In this document: piece after piece, positions 35,713-49,200 of the stretch
Layout of the letters: each line of letters opens with the position of its first letter
Numbering within the stretch: position 1 is the first letter of the stretch
Assembly: GCF_006345805.1 (NCBI RefSeq)
Contig: NC_043020.1
Location: forward strand, 3,534,001 to 3,598,000
From: Octopus sinensis
Lineage: Eukaryota
Length of the DNA stretch: 64,000 nt
Direction of reading: 5' to 3'
Notes under the pieces: generated by a model
The model's database searches: none
What the model saw: the letters and a program-made list of their open reading frames with translations, nothing else
What the model was told of the DNA's origin: nothing
Translations under genes and position numbers: made by a program

Positions 35713-36612
35713 TTTGACACGAGCGATTCTTTCTTGTCTTGGGATTCAGGGTCAAACGGCTGGGTAGAATTGCGCGACAAATTACACAGATGTGAAGAAT
35801 GCAAAACTAGCAACTTCTACGGTCTCCCAAAAATTCACAAGAACCAAGAAAAAGTTCCTGTAAAGAATCAACTTCAAGTTGTATAACCATACAACATCCC
35901 AAGAATCATACTAGGGACCAAGCGTCTTCGACAACAATGTTATTCATATTTTTGATGGGTGGAACCATAATCAATAAAACAAATTGTAAAATAGTTTTTT
36001 TTTTAGTTTTAATCTTTAAGTTAAAAACATGTTTCTATTCGTGAAGCGGCGGTAATTTTAAGCAAATTCACCCGTAATTTTGTGCATTTAAAACCTGGAT
36101 CCAGAGGATCTAGTTGAACAGAAGGGAAGTCGGCTACAGCAACGCATTGTGGATCTCCATCCCTGTCCGTTTTGATCTGGTCTTGTCACTGGATTGAAGA
36201 TGGTCAATGATGAGAGAGGGAGGTTGACGGTGAGCAGCTTTTCTTCACTTTAAACGAAGCCATTGTGTAAGTATTTGAACGTTCCTAGGATTGACCAGAT
36301 GGTCTCCGTCGCTCCGCCAGACGAACATGTACTAAGGCAGAGAGTGTTCAACGAACGTTATTGGGGAATGGTGTCGAGGACAAGAAGATATCAAGTTCAT
36401 AAAAATATATGAAAAATTAAGCACAACAAATATTCAAATCTGTTAACCTAACAAAAATATTGGTTCAATTAGTTAAGAACACAGGAGGAAATGACAAAGA
36501 ATGTAAAACGGTGAATGTCTTTCGATCGGGTAAAAAAAAAATAACAAAAGAGACAATTGTGTATTAAGTGACGTTCTGAGGAAATAATTAGATTGTTGGA
36601 CGTTAGATCTTG

Positions 36613-36703
<91 letters not shown>

Positions 36704-38799
36704 GAGAGGGAGAGAGAGAGAGGAAGAGAGAGATAGGGAGAGGGAGAGAGAGAGAGAGAGAGGTTCACAAAGAAAGAAGCACGCTTCAACAATCCACTAT
36801 CTCTTGCCTCTTAGATAACAATAACAATAACGGGATGAGCCCAACAGAGGAGCCCTTAAGTGATTGTACAGCTTACTAGAAATAGTTACAAAAGTGTCCC
36901 TCAAACCACTCTCTGCTGTCTTGAAAAAAGAAAATACATGAGACGTTCCGGCAAGATTATATCGGAATCCTACAACACAACCATTATTTAATCAATAAAG
37001 AAAACCATATTTAATTCCTTTTTTTTTTTTAAAGCGATAGCGAAAAGACCGGGGTACACGGAGACTTATCTGCTGGAAAGCCTTTTATCATAGATCTGGT
37101 CAGTCCGGCTTGACCTGGGGCTAAACAACAACATAATGAGATTAAGTAGGCTTTTAATAATTAAGTTTAATTTGTAGCAGAAGTGATTTACACTGTCATT
37201 ATGTATGAGATGTTTTCGTGTTGACTTAACTAGGCTCCACAAGACCTTTTCGTTCCAGCAGGTCACATGACCTCGTGATTAAACGAAGCTGTTGTTTGTA
37301 TTGGTCGGTTTCCAGCTGTCCAATCGTGTTGGCGCAACAGTTCATTTTTCCTTAGGCGGGAAATTAATCATCATCTCCTGGGAGCCTACTGATCTCTATA
37401 GGAACGACAGTTCTCGACTGCTCTAGGTCTTCGGCACTCGCCATTGACCACACGCAACTCGTCTCCATCAACGATGTATCTGACACCAACCAGTCTCCGC
37501 TTTCATCTTCTCCACCAGACGACGCCTGTCTACATCGTTGCCGTACAAAGAACACACGACCAAGAGATCAACGGCTGCCTCTACTACACACCACCAAAAA
37601 AGTACGTCAACTTTTGCCTACAAGACCAACAGTCCGGCCTAACCACGAAGTCTCTCACACATCTTTGTTGTAACCTGTTATGTGATTCTATTTCATGTAA
37701 GGCAATAACTGTATTTATAACAGAGAACAAATCACCGCTCACCTCTTCATTTTCATCTCAAGTCGAATATCAATTCTACATATTTTTACCATTTTCAATC
37801 TTCCTTATAAATTTCCAAATTCTGGGGTGGAAACATCAATGGGTGTGTGTAATAGAGAGCGCAGTGGGTATTGAAGCGGGTACCTTGGAACTATATTGTT
37901 GTTTTCCGTTGTTTTATCTTTGATGAAGATGAAACATGATCAAAGTTGTTCTCATGACAACCACTTAAGAAGGGTGTTATTCCTACAGGTGTAGGAGTAT
38001 CACGACAACAACCACAAAGTTGGTTTTATTGTTATACCATTGCAACCACCACTTTCGCTGCTTCAATACAACTCCACATTAAACTGTTTCAATAAAACCA
38101 ACAAATGTATAGATACGAATATCGAGCCATTACAACCACCTCCGCTGATTTCTTTCATTAAAAATCATCAATGAAGATTATCGTTATAACCACTATTGTT
38201 AAATCATTTCATTATAATCACCACTTATGTCATTACAATGATTTCTAAAACCCCGTTACGACCAACAATGAGATGTTTTATTGCCACTACGACATAGCGG
38301 TGTCATTACACTTAATAATCATTACAACCTCAACTGAACTATTTCATTACAAGCGATACTGAGCTGTTTCATAACAATCTCATTCCAACTCTCTTCACTA
38401 TCTCATTAAGAAGGCGCATGGCTTTAGTGATTAGGGTATTCGGCTCACAGTCATAAGGTATGAGTTCGATTTCCGGCTGCACGAGTTGTCCTTGAGCAAG
38501 ACACTTTATTTCACTCAGATGGTAAAAATGAGCTTGACCTATATTTCAAAGGGGCAGCCTTATCACATTCTGCGACATGCTGAATTTCTCTGAGAACCAC
38601 GTCAAGAGTGTACGCGTGTCTGTGGAGTGCTCGGCCACTTACACGTTAATTTCACGAGCCGACTGTTCCGTTGATCGGATCACCTGGAATCGTCGTCGTC
38701 GTCGTCGCAATCGACGGAGTGACAGACAGTAAATCCATGCTCACTTGTGTTACGCCACTGAGCTGCTTCTTTACAGCCACCAATAAGCTGCGTTATTAT

Positions 38800-39950
38800 A
38801 ACCATCGCTTAACTATTTCAACATATCCAACATTGAATTGAGCTTTGCCATGAGACCCATTGACCGTTACAACCATTGACGTTACAATCACATCTGATCT
38901 TTCGGAGTAATAACAATCCATGAGATATTTTTGCAAATTTGCACGCAGTTAAAACAAATGTTGTTTTTAAGAGAAAAATACAATTTCCAATGGAATTATT
39001 GTACATATGCAGCCACAAGAATGAATAGACGAAGCTATATGCAGGAAGCGGTTAAGATTGGAATTTCTAACCCGCTGAACTGAGGAAGAAAAAGTTTGCC
39101 CATCTAAGGTCAATGGAAGACGAATTTAGTCAAGTGTATTTGATAATGTCTGATCACAAAACAATGACGTAATAATGATTCCTGGAGGCCTTACAAGAGT
39201 TTCACAAAGCTTTAGATGGGTGTTAGTAAACTATTTGCGGTTATGGTGATGAGAGTAAGTGGACGTGTGAGGGGAGTAAAGATCATGCTCAAAATGGGAA
39301 GCGAATGGGCTCCATCGGTGTCTCTGATCTGTGAATGGATCGTTAAATCATGGAAAGAAATTAAAGCTGACATCATTATCAAATCCTTCAAGAAATGAAG
39401 AACATTGAACGCATTGGTTTCTACAGAAGGCGAATATCCGTTCGATTATGATGATGATGATGATGATGATGATCATGATGATGTGCAGCCTATAATTACG
39501 GATAGCAATGATGAAGAGGATCTGCGCAACGATATCGTTTATCCTGATGATTATGAAGGCATTATTTAGTTTTGAAGATGATTAACAGGATGGTTTTGCA
39601 GGGGTTTAATGAAGTTTTGTGTTTGAAATGTTTAAGATTAATTATCTCCGTTCTAATTTATAACCATATTAAATTCCTGCTCCAATTTTGCGTGCATAAA
39701 TAAAACTTAAGAATTCATTTTCATTGGCCGTAATTATCGTTTTCATTTTAATATTTATAGACTTCTGTTGCATTGAATTACTTCATTAAGAAAACAAATT
39801 CAGCTCCGATTTGCGGAACTGTGAGGAGTGGGACTTCGACAAACATAATCCATCAAATATAAATATATGCAAATAAAACGCCAAGGGTTAAAAAAACATA
39901 GAGACATTATAGGCTTTGTTTTACTTGATAAGACGCGTTTTGGTGTATTT
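38800..39950 (+). mobile_element. pogo/Tigger-type DDE transposase remnant
   Basis: IPGGLT (ATTCCTGGAGGCCTTACA) and ICEWIVKSWKEIKADIIIKSFKK, followed by an acidic tail, typical of DDE_1 transposases. Confidence 0.65.
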
Positions 39951-40123
39951 ATTGGCTGATTATTGGGATTATTTCTGTAAATCAGTTTTTTTCAGTCTAA
40001 AGAATTGAACCTTCACACGCGCATGTGTTTGTTTATACGTTTGTGATTATACGGTCTGGGAATCGAAGCCGCCATCCTCCGACCGCGAGTCCGCCCACCC
40101 CTAACCACTGGATCATTGCGCCT

Positions 40124-40164
<41 letters not shown>

Positions 40165-40242
40165 CATATGTGCTGACATACATTAGCGCTCCCGCATACA
40201 CACACTCATATAAAAAGGATATATATATATATATATATATAT

Positions 40243-40636
40243 AGGCGCAGGAGTGGCTGTGTAGTAAGTAGCTTGCTTACTAACCACATGGTTCTGGGTT
40301 CAGTCCCACTGCGTGGCACCTTGGGTAAGTATCTTCTACTATAGCCTTGGGCCGACCAAAGCCTTGTCAGTGGATTTGGTAGACGGAAACTGAAAGAAGC
40401 TCCTCGTATATGCATATATATATATATGTGTGTGTGTGTATGTATTTATGTGTCTGTGTTTGTCCGCCCAACATCGATTGACAACCGATGGTGGTGTGTT
40501 TACGTCCCCGTAACTTAGCGGTTCGGCAAAAGAGACCGAGAGAATAAGTACTAGGCTTACAAAGAATAAGTCCTGTGGTCGATTTGTTCGACCAAAGGTG
40601 GTGCTCCAGCATGGCCGCAGTCAAATGACTGAAACG
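40243..40636 (+). mobile_element. SINE family A, full length
   Basis: GGCGCAGGAGTGGCTGTGTAG head through GAGTAAAAGAGTAAAGAG tail. Confidence 0.85.
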
Positions 40637-40729
40637 AGTAAAAGAGTAAAGAGTAGGAGCTTGGTACGCGATAGAATTTATCACGGACAAAAAGTGAGCG
40701 CTGCATAAAATCCGATACCGCATTCTACT

Positions 40730-41366
40730 TGAGTGTGTGTGTATGTATGTATGTATGTATGTATGTATGTATGCATTTATGTATGTATGTATGTATGTAT
40801 GTATGTATGTATGTATGCATTTATGTATGTATGTATGTATGTGTATGCATGCATGTATGTATGTATGTATGTATGTATGTATGTATGTATGCATGTATGT
40901 ATGTATGTATGTATGTATGTATGTTTGTATGTGTATGTATGTATGTATGTATGTATGTATGCATGTATGTACGCATGCATGCATATATGAATGTGTGTGT
41001 ACGTACTTATGTATGTATGTATATACGTGTGTGGGTGCGTACGTATGTACGTGTATGCATGTGTGTGTGTATCTATGTATCTATCTGTGAGCATGTCTAC
41101 GCATGTATATGTGCACGTATGTATTTGTGTCTGCATGTGTGTATGCACATATGCATATAAGTATGTATTTGTCTGCATGCGTATATACATTTATGTATGT
41201 ATATATGTATGAGTGTATATGTATGTATGCATGCGTGTATGTATGCTTGTATGTGTGTGTGGTCATGTGTTTTGTATGTACGAACGTTTGTATGTATATA
41301 TGTATGTACGCGTGCATGTATGTATATATGTATGTATATATGTATGTATGTATGTATGTTTGTATG

Positions 41367-41409
<43 letters not shown>

Positions 41410-41751
41410 CCGTTTTGTCACACAGATCAGATCTGACATAAATAAGCCAAGAATGGTAAGCTGGAGAACCCAGAGAATATTTAGATTTTATTTCCTTTCG
41501 GTGCCTCTTTTTTTTTACGTATATTTTTGAGGTTATATTTATTGTATTATTGTCTGATTTTCATCGAAGACATCGTTACACCGTGTACATACGTTGTTAT
41601 TGAGTGAATTTGAAATCGCGACTGATTGGTGACAGATATTACTTAATAACAATAATAATAATAATAATAACAATAATAAATAATAATAATAATGATGATG
41701 ATGATGATGATGATGATAATAATAATAATAATAATGATAATGGTGATGATG

Positions 41752-41788
<37 letters not shown>

Positions 41789-41846
41789 CGATGATAATAA
41801 TAATGATAATAATAACAATAACAATAACAACAACAACAACAACAGC

Positions 41847-41881
<35 letters not shown>

Positions 41882-41944
41882 TGATGATGATGATGATGAT
41901 AATAATAATAATAACAATAACAATAATAACAACAACAACAAAAC

Positions 41945-41994
<50 letters not shown>

Positions 41995-42040
41995 TGATGA
42001 TGATGATGATCATGATGATGATCATGATCATGATGATGAT
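40730..42040. repeat. Compound microsatellite block (TATG)n, (TG)n, (AAT/GAT/AAC)n
   Basis: Directly visible; source of the many low-complexity ORFs in the track. Confidence 0.95.
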
Positions 42041-42686
42041 CGCTGAAGTATTATATTGCTTCAGTTTGATATCAGCGATGGATATTTCTCTCTTCAGCAA
42101 TATTCTCAGATATCTGGCACCGTTATTATTGAATGCTGATTGGATGGTGAGAATAAGAGCGTTTTTGATTGGTTCGTGGGAAGCAAGAACACTATCTTAT
42201 GTAATTTTTGTTGTTGTTATTGTTTTAGTGTTTAGGTTGTTGCTATTTAGCCCCAGGTCAGCTCTGATCGAGTCGATCTTTGGTAACATTAAAAAGAGGG
42301 CCCAGCCGCAAAAATTCTGTTTTCTTATCTTTTTCTTTATCAGGTTCTATATTAGTTGTCTGGCAGACAAAAAATAAAAAAAAAAAAGAAAAAGAAAAAG
42401 AAAAAGTACGAGATAGTTACAGGTAAAACAACTGATTACAGTTCGCCTCGATCAGAGGTAAGACAAAGAAATATAGCATCATGCCTTCATGCAGCCTCCT
42501 CGCTTACTACTTTTCTCTCCGCCTCAAACACCAAATGGTGTTTTCACGTTTTCCCCATGGAATTTGAAAATTAAACTGACAGTGTCCTTTATCCTGATGT
42601 GTTGCTGTTGTTGTTGTTTAGTTGGAGATCGGTCAACACTGACCAGGCTTATGATGAAGGGCCTGGTCTCCATGTTTCCCGCCCTG

Positions 42687-43495
42687 CTGGGTGTATTCCA
42701 GAAGTTTCGAGACTTTTCCAAGGGAGACACTAATCAATTTCAAAGAGGTACAAAACAAGTCTCCTACCAAGTAGCATCCTCTGGCATCAGTGCACTTATT
42801 GCACTCCAGCCACTTCGTGAAGGTTCCATGGAAGTCTCCAAACTGAAGGTGTCCAGAATCCTTACCACAGCCTCCTTCATCTTCTCCTTCAGCTTGGAAA
42901 ACAACTAAAAGTCACAGGGAGCAAAGCCTGGACCGTAGGGAAGACGGAGAAGTCTTTGTTGTCCACCTTTGTCCAATAGTTGGTTACCAGGATGCAATTG
43001 TTGACTGGCGCAGGCGTTTTCTTTTGCGGCGAAGTCTCTTCGTGAAATCCCTAAAACCCACCACAACGTACTCTTTGTTAATCGTTTGACCAGAGGGAAT
43101 CCAGTAGATGTAGATGATGCCTTTGCTGTTGAAAAAAAGGGGATCATCACAAACTTCCTGGGGAAATTTGCTTGTCAGCGAAAAAGTAGTCCGGCTGATT
43201 AGCAGTCTGGAGTATTTTATAATTTTCTGTCGCATTTTTGCCCAGTTTAACACAAAACTTTAATGCATAGCGAACTTCTAAACTGTTTTCCCGTCGTGAT
43301 TGCATTCTGAAATCTAGTCAGCTCTGAAAAGCAGTGTTTGGCCGTGTCACAGCCGTCTCCTTCAATCTGGAATAACAAAAGTTGGCAGGTCAGCTTATTA
43401 AGGGCATAGTAATGATACACTAAAACCGCAATGATCTAGAACCGTTAAAACTGCCTCACCTAAAAAGTTTCAAAACTTTTGGAATGCACTTCGTA
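42687..43495 (-). mobile_element. Internally deleted mariner (Tc1/mariner) transposon
   Basis: TIRs GGTGTATTCCAGAAGTTTCGAGAC / AAGTTTCAAAACTTTTGGAATGCACTTCGTA. Transposase remnants FFNSKGII...GQTINKEY...RRKR and PYGPGFAPCDF (YSPDLAPCDF motif). Confidence 0.85.
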
Positions 43496-44902
43496 TATTG
43501 AATCGCTAAATATAAAGGTTTTGTTTTTCTTCATTGACCAAAAATGGTAAATATTCTTTCTGACATAATCTCTTGAATCCTACATGACCGAACACTTTTA
43601 ATCCGTCGCCTCTTTCTTCGTCTGTTCTTTTGCATTGGCCTAGTCTGAGGAAAAGGGACTTCGAAATCGATGCAGTTCAACGTTCCTATTGAACAAGTGA
43701 AAGTCAGCGACTGCAGAAAAATAAACAGCATTGACACAGTCATCTCACCTGTAAGTATCCTCATCGAAAGGATTCGGGTCGGACCCCTTCCTGTCGCGAA
43801 AATCATTTACCATAAACTATGTAGGTTGAACCAATGAATTATTTATAACCGAAAGACAATTTATAATTATTCTAGAAATCTACTGGTCCAAAACAAGGGA
43901 TTAAATTGATTATTTTATTATAAAAAAAACAAATAAAAAAAGAAAAAGAAAAAGAAAAGCCAAATTCACCTTTAATATTTTCTCTATTAACAGGTGTTAA
44001 AAGTGTCTCATCATGAAAGAGATTTTTGCTCACTTGAAATGAATAACAAAGTTTTGCTGAGTTCAATGTTATATTGGTTTCAAATTTTGGAACAAGGCCA
44101 GAAATTTCTGTGGAGGGAATAAGTTGGTTACATCGACCCCGAAAGGATGAAAAGTAAAGTCAACCACGGCGGTATTTGAACTCTAAAATATTTGGTCTGG
44201 CGCCTTAACGATTCTGCAAGGTTGCCGCGTTAGTTGAATGTTATATTCACTCAGTTTACGTTGAATAAAGCCTTCAGATACGCTTACACCCAACGCCAAC
44301 AATACTGAACACTTAAATACACTGTCAATCCTTCCGTCTCACAACTACATCCCACCGCTCACTCCTCCTCACTGAAGTTCATTCAACGCCCTCGTTTTTT
44401 GCTTTCTGCAAAGATCAGCCCACACGAGGTCAAGCTGAACTGCAGCCGCAGCGATCTGCGAGTCTGTTTGTTTGTATGTGTGTGATGGCGGAGGTGATGG
44501 CGGAGGTGATGGCGGAGGTAAGTGAGTGCGGGTCAGTGTTTGTGCGTTTGTGTGTATTTATGTGTGTATGTGTGTGGAAGTGGTGTATATGTGTTCGTTT
44601 ATATCGGGGTACGTATGTAGAAGTATGTGTATGTGGGGTATGCATTTGTGTGTGTATGTGTTGGGTGCATGTATGTGAATGTGTGTCTGTTTATGTATGT
44701 GTGCCAGTACATCTGTGTGTGTGTGTGTGTTGGTGTGCGTGCATCGTATGTTTGTGTGTATGTGTGTGCTTGCATGTGTGTGTGTGTGAATATTGGTTGT
44801 GTGTTTGATGTCGACGAGAGAGAGATATTGTCAAGGCCATTGTCATCACCCCCCTTCTCTTCCTCTTCCTTCTTCAAATAATTGTTTAAAAATATATAAA
44901 CG

Positions 44903-44937
<35 letters not shown>

Positions 44938-45361
44938 TTCTTTACTACCCACAAGGGGCTAAACATAGAGGGGACAAACAAGGACAGACAAAGGGATTAA
45001 GTCGATTACATCGACCCAGTGCGAAACTGGTACTTTATTTATCGACCCCGAGAGGATGAAAGGCAAAGTCGACCTCGGCGGAATTTGAACTCAGAACGTA
45101 ACGACAGACGAAATACCGCTAAGCATTTCGCCCGGCGCGCTAACGTTTCTGCCAGCTCGCCGCCTCTATATATATATATATTTAAGTGTTAGAAATAGTT
45201 TTTTTAGCTGCTATTTCTAACGAGTTCAGTATGCGGCAAAGTAATTTATTTTACTAAGCCCTTTTATATAATGTAATAATTTGAATTTGCCTTAAATGGT
45301 CCCTTCATACTGAATACTTGGTGAAATTGATTAATTAATTAATAATTTTACCCTCAATTGT

Positions 45362-45405
<44 letters not shown>

Positions 45406-45678
45406 TAAAATAAAATATATAAACGTATTTACAGCCACTCATCTAAACAGCCACATGCACGCACGCACACACACATATGCGTGTACATATACACATGTAC
45501 GAGTACATATACATACATGTATATACGCATACATATACATACACAAATCGATATTCATACAAGCAATTATACATACACACAGACGCAAACACCTTTACCC
45601 AAATATACACGCTCAAGCACCGATATTCCCCGTAAACATACATACAGGCATACATACATCCATCCATACATACATACA

Positions 45679-45736
<58 letters not shown>

Positions 45737-45968
45737 TGCACACACACACACACGAATATATTCACGAACATACACCCACATACATGTACACCCATTCACA
45801 TACACACAACTACCCACCCACCCACACACATGCACGAAAACAGCGAACATGCATGTGCATATACACACACATACACACATATGCACAACAATTCGTACTC
45901 ACACAAACACTACAAACACACACACACATACACACACACACACACACGCACACACACACACACACACG

Positions 45969-46000
<32 letters not shown>

Positions 46001-46359
46001 CACACACGCGATCACACTCACACGAAGCTCATTTCTGTTCTTTTCCACCGGAGATGCTGATGCGATTTTTGATCCGTTTCAGACTCTGTGACTCCTCAAT
46101 CTCGTTAGTTTCTTGTCTTCCGAATCATTTCGTTCGACTCAGTGACCCAAACTTTGCTGTTTATGCTGTTGTTGTTGTTGTTATTGTTTCTATTGTTTGT
46201 TTGTTGTTGTTATTGTTGTTACTGTTCTTACCGTCGCTCTTGCTCTCCATTACTGACTTAATAACCCAGGTTTCCAGGATTTTTTTGCAATTCATCTTTT
46301 GCCTTTGTCTTTATTCAGATTTTTTTTTTCTATAAAATTCTGGCCAATGATTGGCATAT

Positions 46360-46415
<56 letters not shown>

Positions 46416-48599
46416 GCGTTCATACATGGACACACTGCACATATACACGTATACAAACCACGTAATATAAATACATGTACAGAGAAGCATCCACACTCTC
46501 TCTCTCACACACACATATAATACACGCACACATAATTCAAATATTCGCAGTATTTACATACATACACGCATGCGTTTATTCATCCATCCATGTTTACGAA
46601 TATGTTTGTATGAATATGTGTAATAAGTTGGTTTCAAATTTTGGCACAAGGCCAGCAACTTCGGGGTAGGTGGAGCAAATTGATTTCGTCGACCCCAGTA
46701 ATAGGTTCGTACTTATTTTATCGACCCCGAAAGAATGAAAGGACCTCGGAGAAATTTGAATTCAGAACGTTAAGACGGACGAAATGTCGCCAAACTTTTG
46801 ATCCGGTATGCTAAAGGTTCTGCCCGGCATGCTAACGATTCAGCCTTAATATGTCTATATATTGTGAACCACTAGTCAAGCGTACTCACATAAAATACAC
46901 ATGCACACACACAGACAGACACATGGACTCACACAAAACAAATTTGTTACCGTTTTCATCTCTTCTAGAAATTAACACGACACTCATGTGTGTATAGGCA
47001 GGAGGGAAAAAAGTGTACTCAATATTCGCAATAGAATGGCGATTTGTGAATGTTGAGCTTCTATTAAAATACGCTGCACTCTTGTTTGTGATTTGGGTTC
47101 TTTCAAAAAGAAAACAAAAACGGATCAAACAGATGACAATAGATCGTAAGACACACTCGTCGATATACATAAAGATGTGGGATTCCAGACTAGATAGGTT
47201 TGCTCAATTTGAACTGATCTGGAGTTTAACAATAATTGCCGTGTGGACCTCAACCTCAAATTTCCCACAAACTATGTAACCTGCATCATCTTTAAAATAC
47301 ATTAGAAAATACAGTCCCTGATATTCACGCGCACGTACCATCCATCTTTTCATTCTCTCTCCATTTCTTTTCTCTCTTTATTCCTTTCTGAAGAAGAGCG
47401 TAGGCTCGAAACGTCAGACTTAATTCAGCTTTCCTGACCGTCAAATTAATATACCCAGTCTGTTTTTCTCTCACCCGTATGTGTGTGTATGTATATATAT
47501 ACATGCACACAAATACACACATACATACACATACATGCACACACGCAGACACACATGCATACATACACATACATACATACAAACATACATACACACAGAT
47601 ACACACACACTTACACACACACACATATGTATGTATGCATATATGCATGTATGTATGCATGTGTGAATGTATGTCTTTTCTTTTGTTTGTTTGTTTACGT
47701 CACTGTAACCTAGCGATTCGGCAAAAGAGAGCAACACAATAAATCGTATACTTAAAATTACCTACTCGTATCGAATTATCCGGCTAAACTCTTGAAGACA
47801 GTGCTCCAGCATGGCTGCAATCTATACGTATTCACACACACACACACACACACACACGATCAAGGGACAGCATACACCATCACACTCAAATGTTCCTCCT
47901 TCCACACTCTTTCTTTTCTTCATCTTCTCTTTGACCCTCTCTCTCTCTCTCCTCTATTTTCCTTCTTCCTTATCCTCTTATTTCTCCTACTCTTCGTTCA
48001 TCTGTTCCTCCCCTTCCTCCTACTCATTCTTCAGTTCATTCTCCTTCCCCTTCTCCTCCCCCTCGTCATATGTCGTCTGCTCGTTCAGGTTTCCATTTTT
48101 TCTATCATTTTTTAAATTTTCAACCCAAGTGACCCAACAGGAAGTTAGCTTACCGTACGCTAACTTCCGGTTGTAGTGCACGAATAATTAAAAGACAATT
48201 GGTTGTGGGGGCGTTGGTGGTGTTAGTGGAAGAGAAATTTGGCGGTGGCGGCGGTGGCATTGGTGAGAGGATGGTAGTGGAGATACGTTGGTAACGATAG
48301 AGTTTACTGACGTAATGTTGATTTGCAGTATAGGCAGCAGCGGTGAAGGTAGTCGGTTGCAATGATGGTAGTAGTGCTGTTAGAAATGGTGAGGGAGTTA
48401 ATGAACGATGGCAGTAGTGGTGCTAACGATGATGAAAACAGAAGTGGTGGTGGTTGCGGTGGTGGCAGTGGTGATGGTGGTGGTGGTGGTGGTGATGGTG
48501 ATGGTGATGGTGGTGGTGGTGATGGTGATGGTGGTGGAAGTAGTGGTAATAGTAATGGAGGTGATTGTGGTGGTGGTGGTGAAGATACAATAAGTCAGT

Positions 48600-49200
48600 G
48601 TGAAATAAAAGGAATTGGCACAACGCGAATACAAAAGACGCCATGACAATGTGGCAAGAAAGATCCATTGGGAGCTCTGTGGAAATCGCGGCCTACAAAG
48701 AGCAAACACGTGGTATGAGCAAATTCCAGAAGGAGTCACCGAAAATGAGAATTGTAAAATCTTGTGGGATGCAATGTGCGATCACCTGACCAGACATCGG
48801 AAACTGGACATTGTTGTGGTGAATAAAAGAGAAAGACCATGTATGATAATGGACATAGCATGTCCCGATAACAACAGGATCAATGTGAAAGAAGAAGGAA
48901 AAATAAACAGCTATGACGATTTGAAGTTGGAAATACGAAGGTTGTGGTCAATGAAGTGAGTAGACGTGATACCAATAGTAATTGGTGCACTTGGAAGTAT
49001 CAGCACTCAACTACCAACATGGCTGAAAAAGATTGGTGCAAATGTGGAGGTAGAACACTTACAAAAATCATCATTGCTTAGAACTGCAAGAATTCTTCGA
49101 AGGGTTCTTGAAGCATGACCGGTAAACAAGTGTCACCTTAGTCTGCTGGCTGTGGACAGCTGACACTTTCCATCATACCCAGCAAAATAAACTGTGTGAT
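48600..49200 (+). mobile_element. R4/Dong-type non-LTR retrotransposon 3' fragment (restriction-like endonuclease)
   Basis: YKRRHDNVARKIHWELC...RKLDIVVVNK...MDIACP...KE..KI..YDDLKLEIRRLW, stop, then VIPIVIGALG, followed by a 3' UTR. Confidence 0.85.

Noticed and set aside
35800-37640. Short coding-like patches (FYGLPKIHK at ~35815; RFHLL..IVAVQRTH at ~37500)
   Set aside because: Probably Penelope RT and LINE endonuclease crumbs; too short to delimit, and no host exon structure.
43531-43806. Minus ORF with a hydrophobic stretch and RRRKRRR, resembling a prepro-peptide upstream of Norrin
   Set aside because: Norrin already has its own leader; joining via T|GTAGGA would bury that leader internally; the donor is weak and there is no homology. 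Retained only as a non-coding candidate region.
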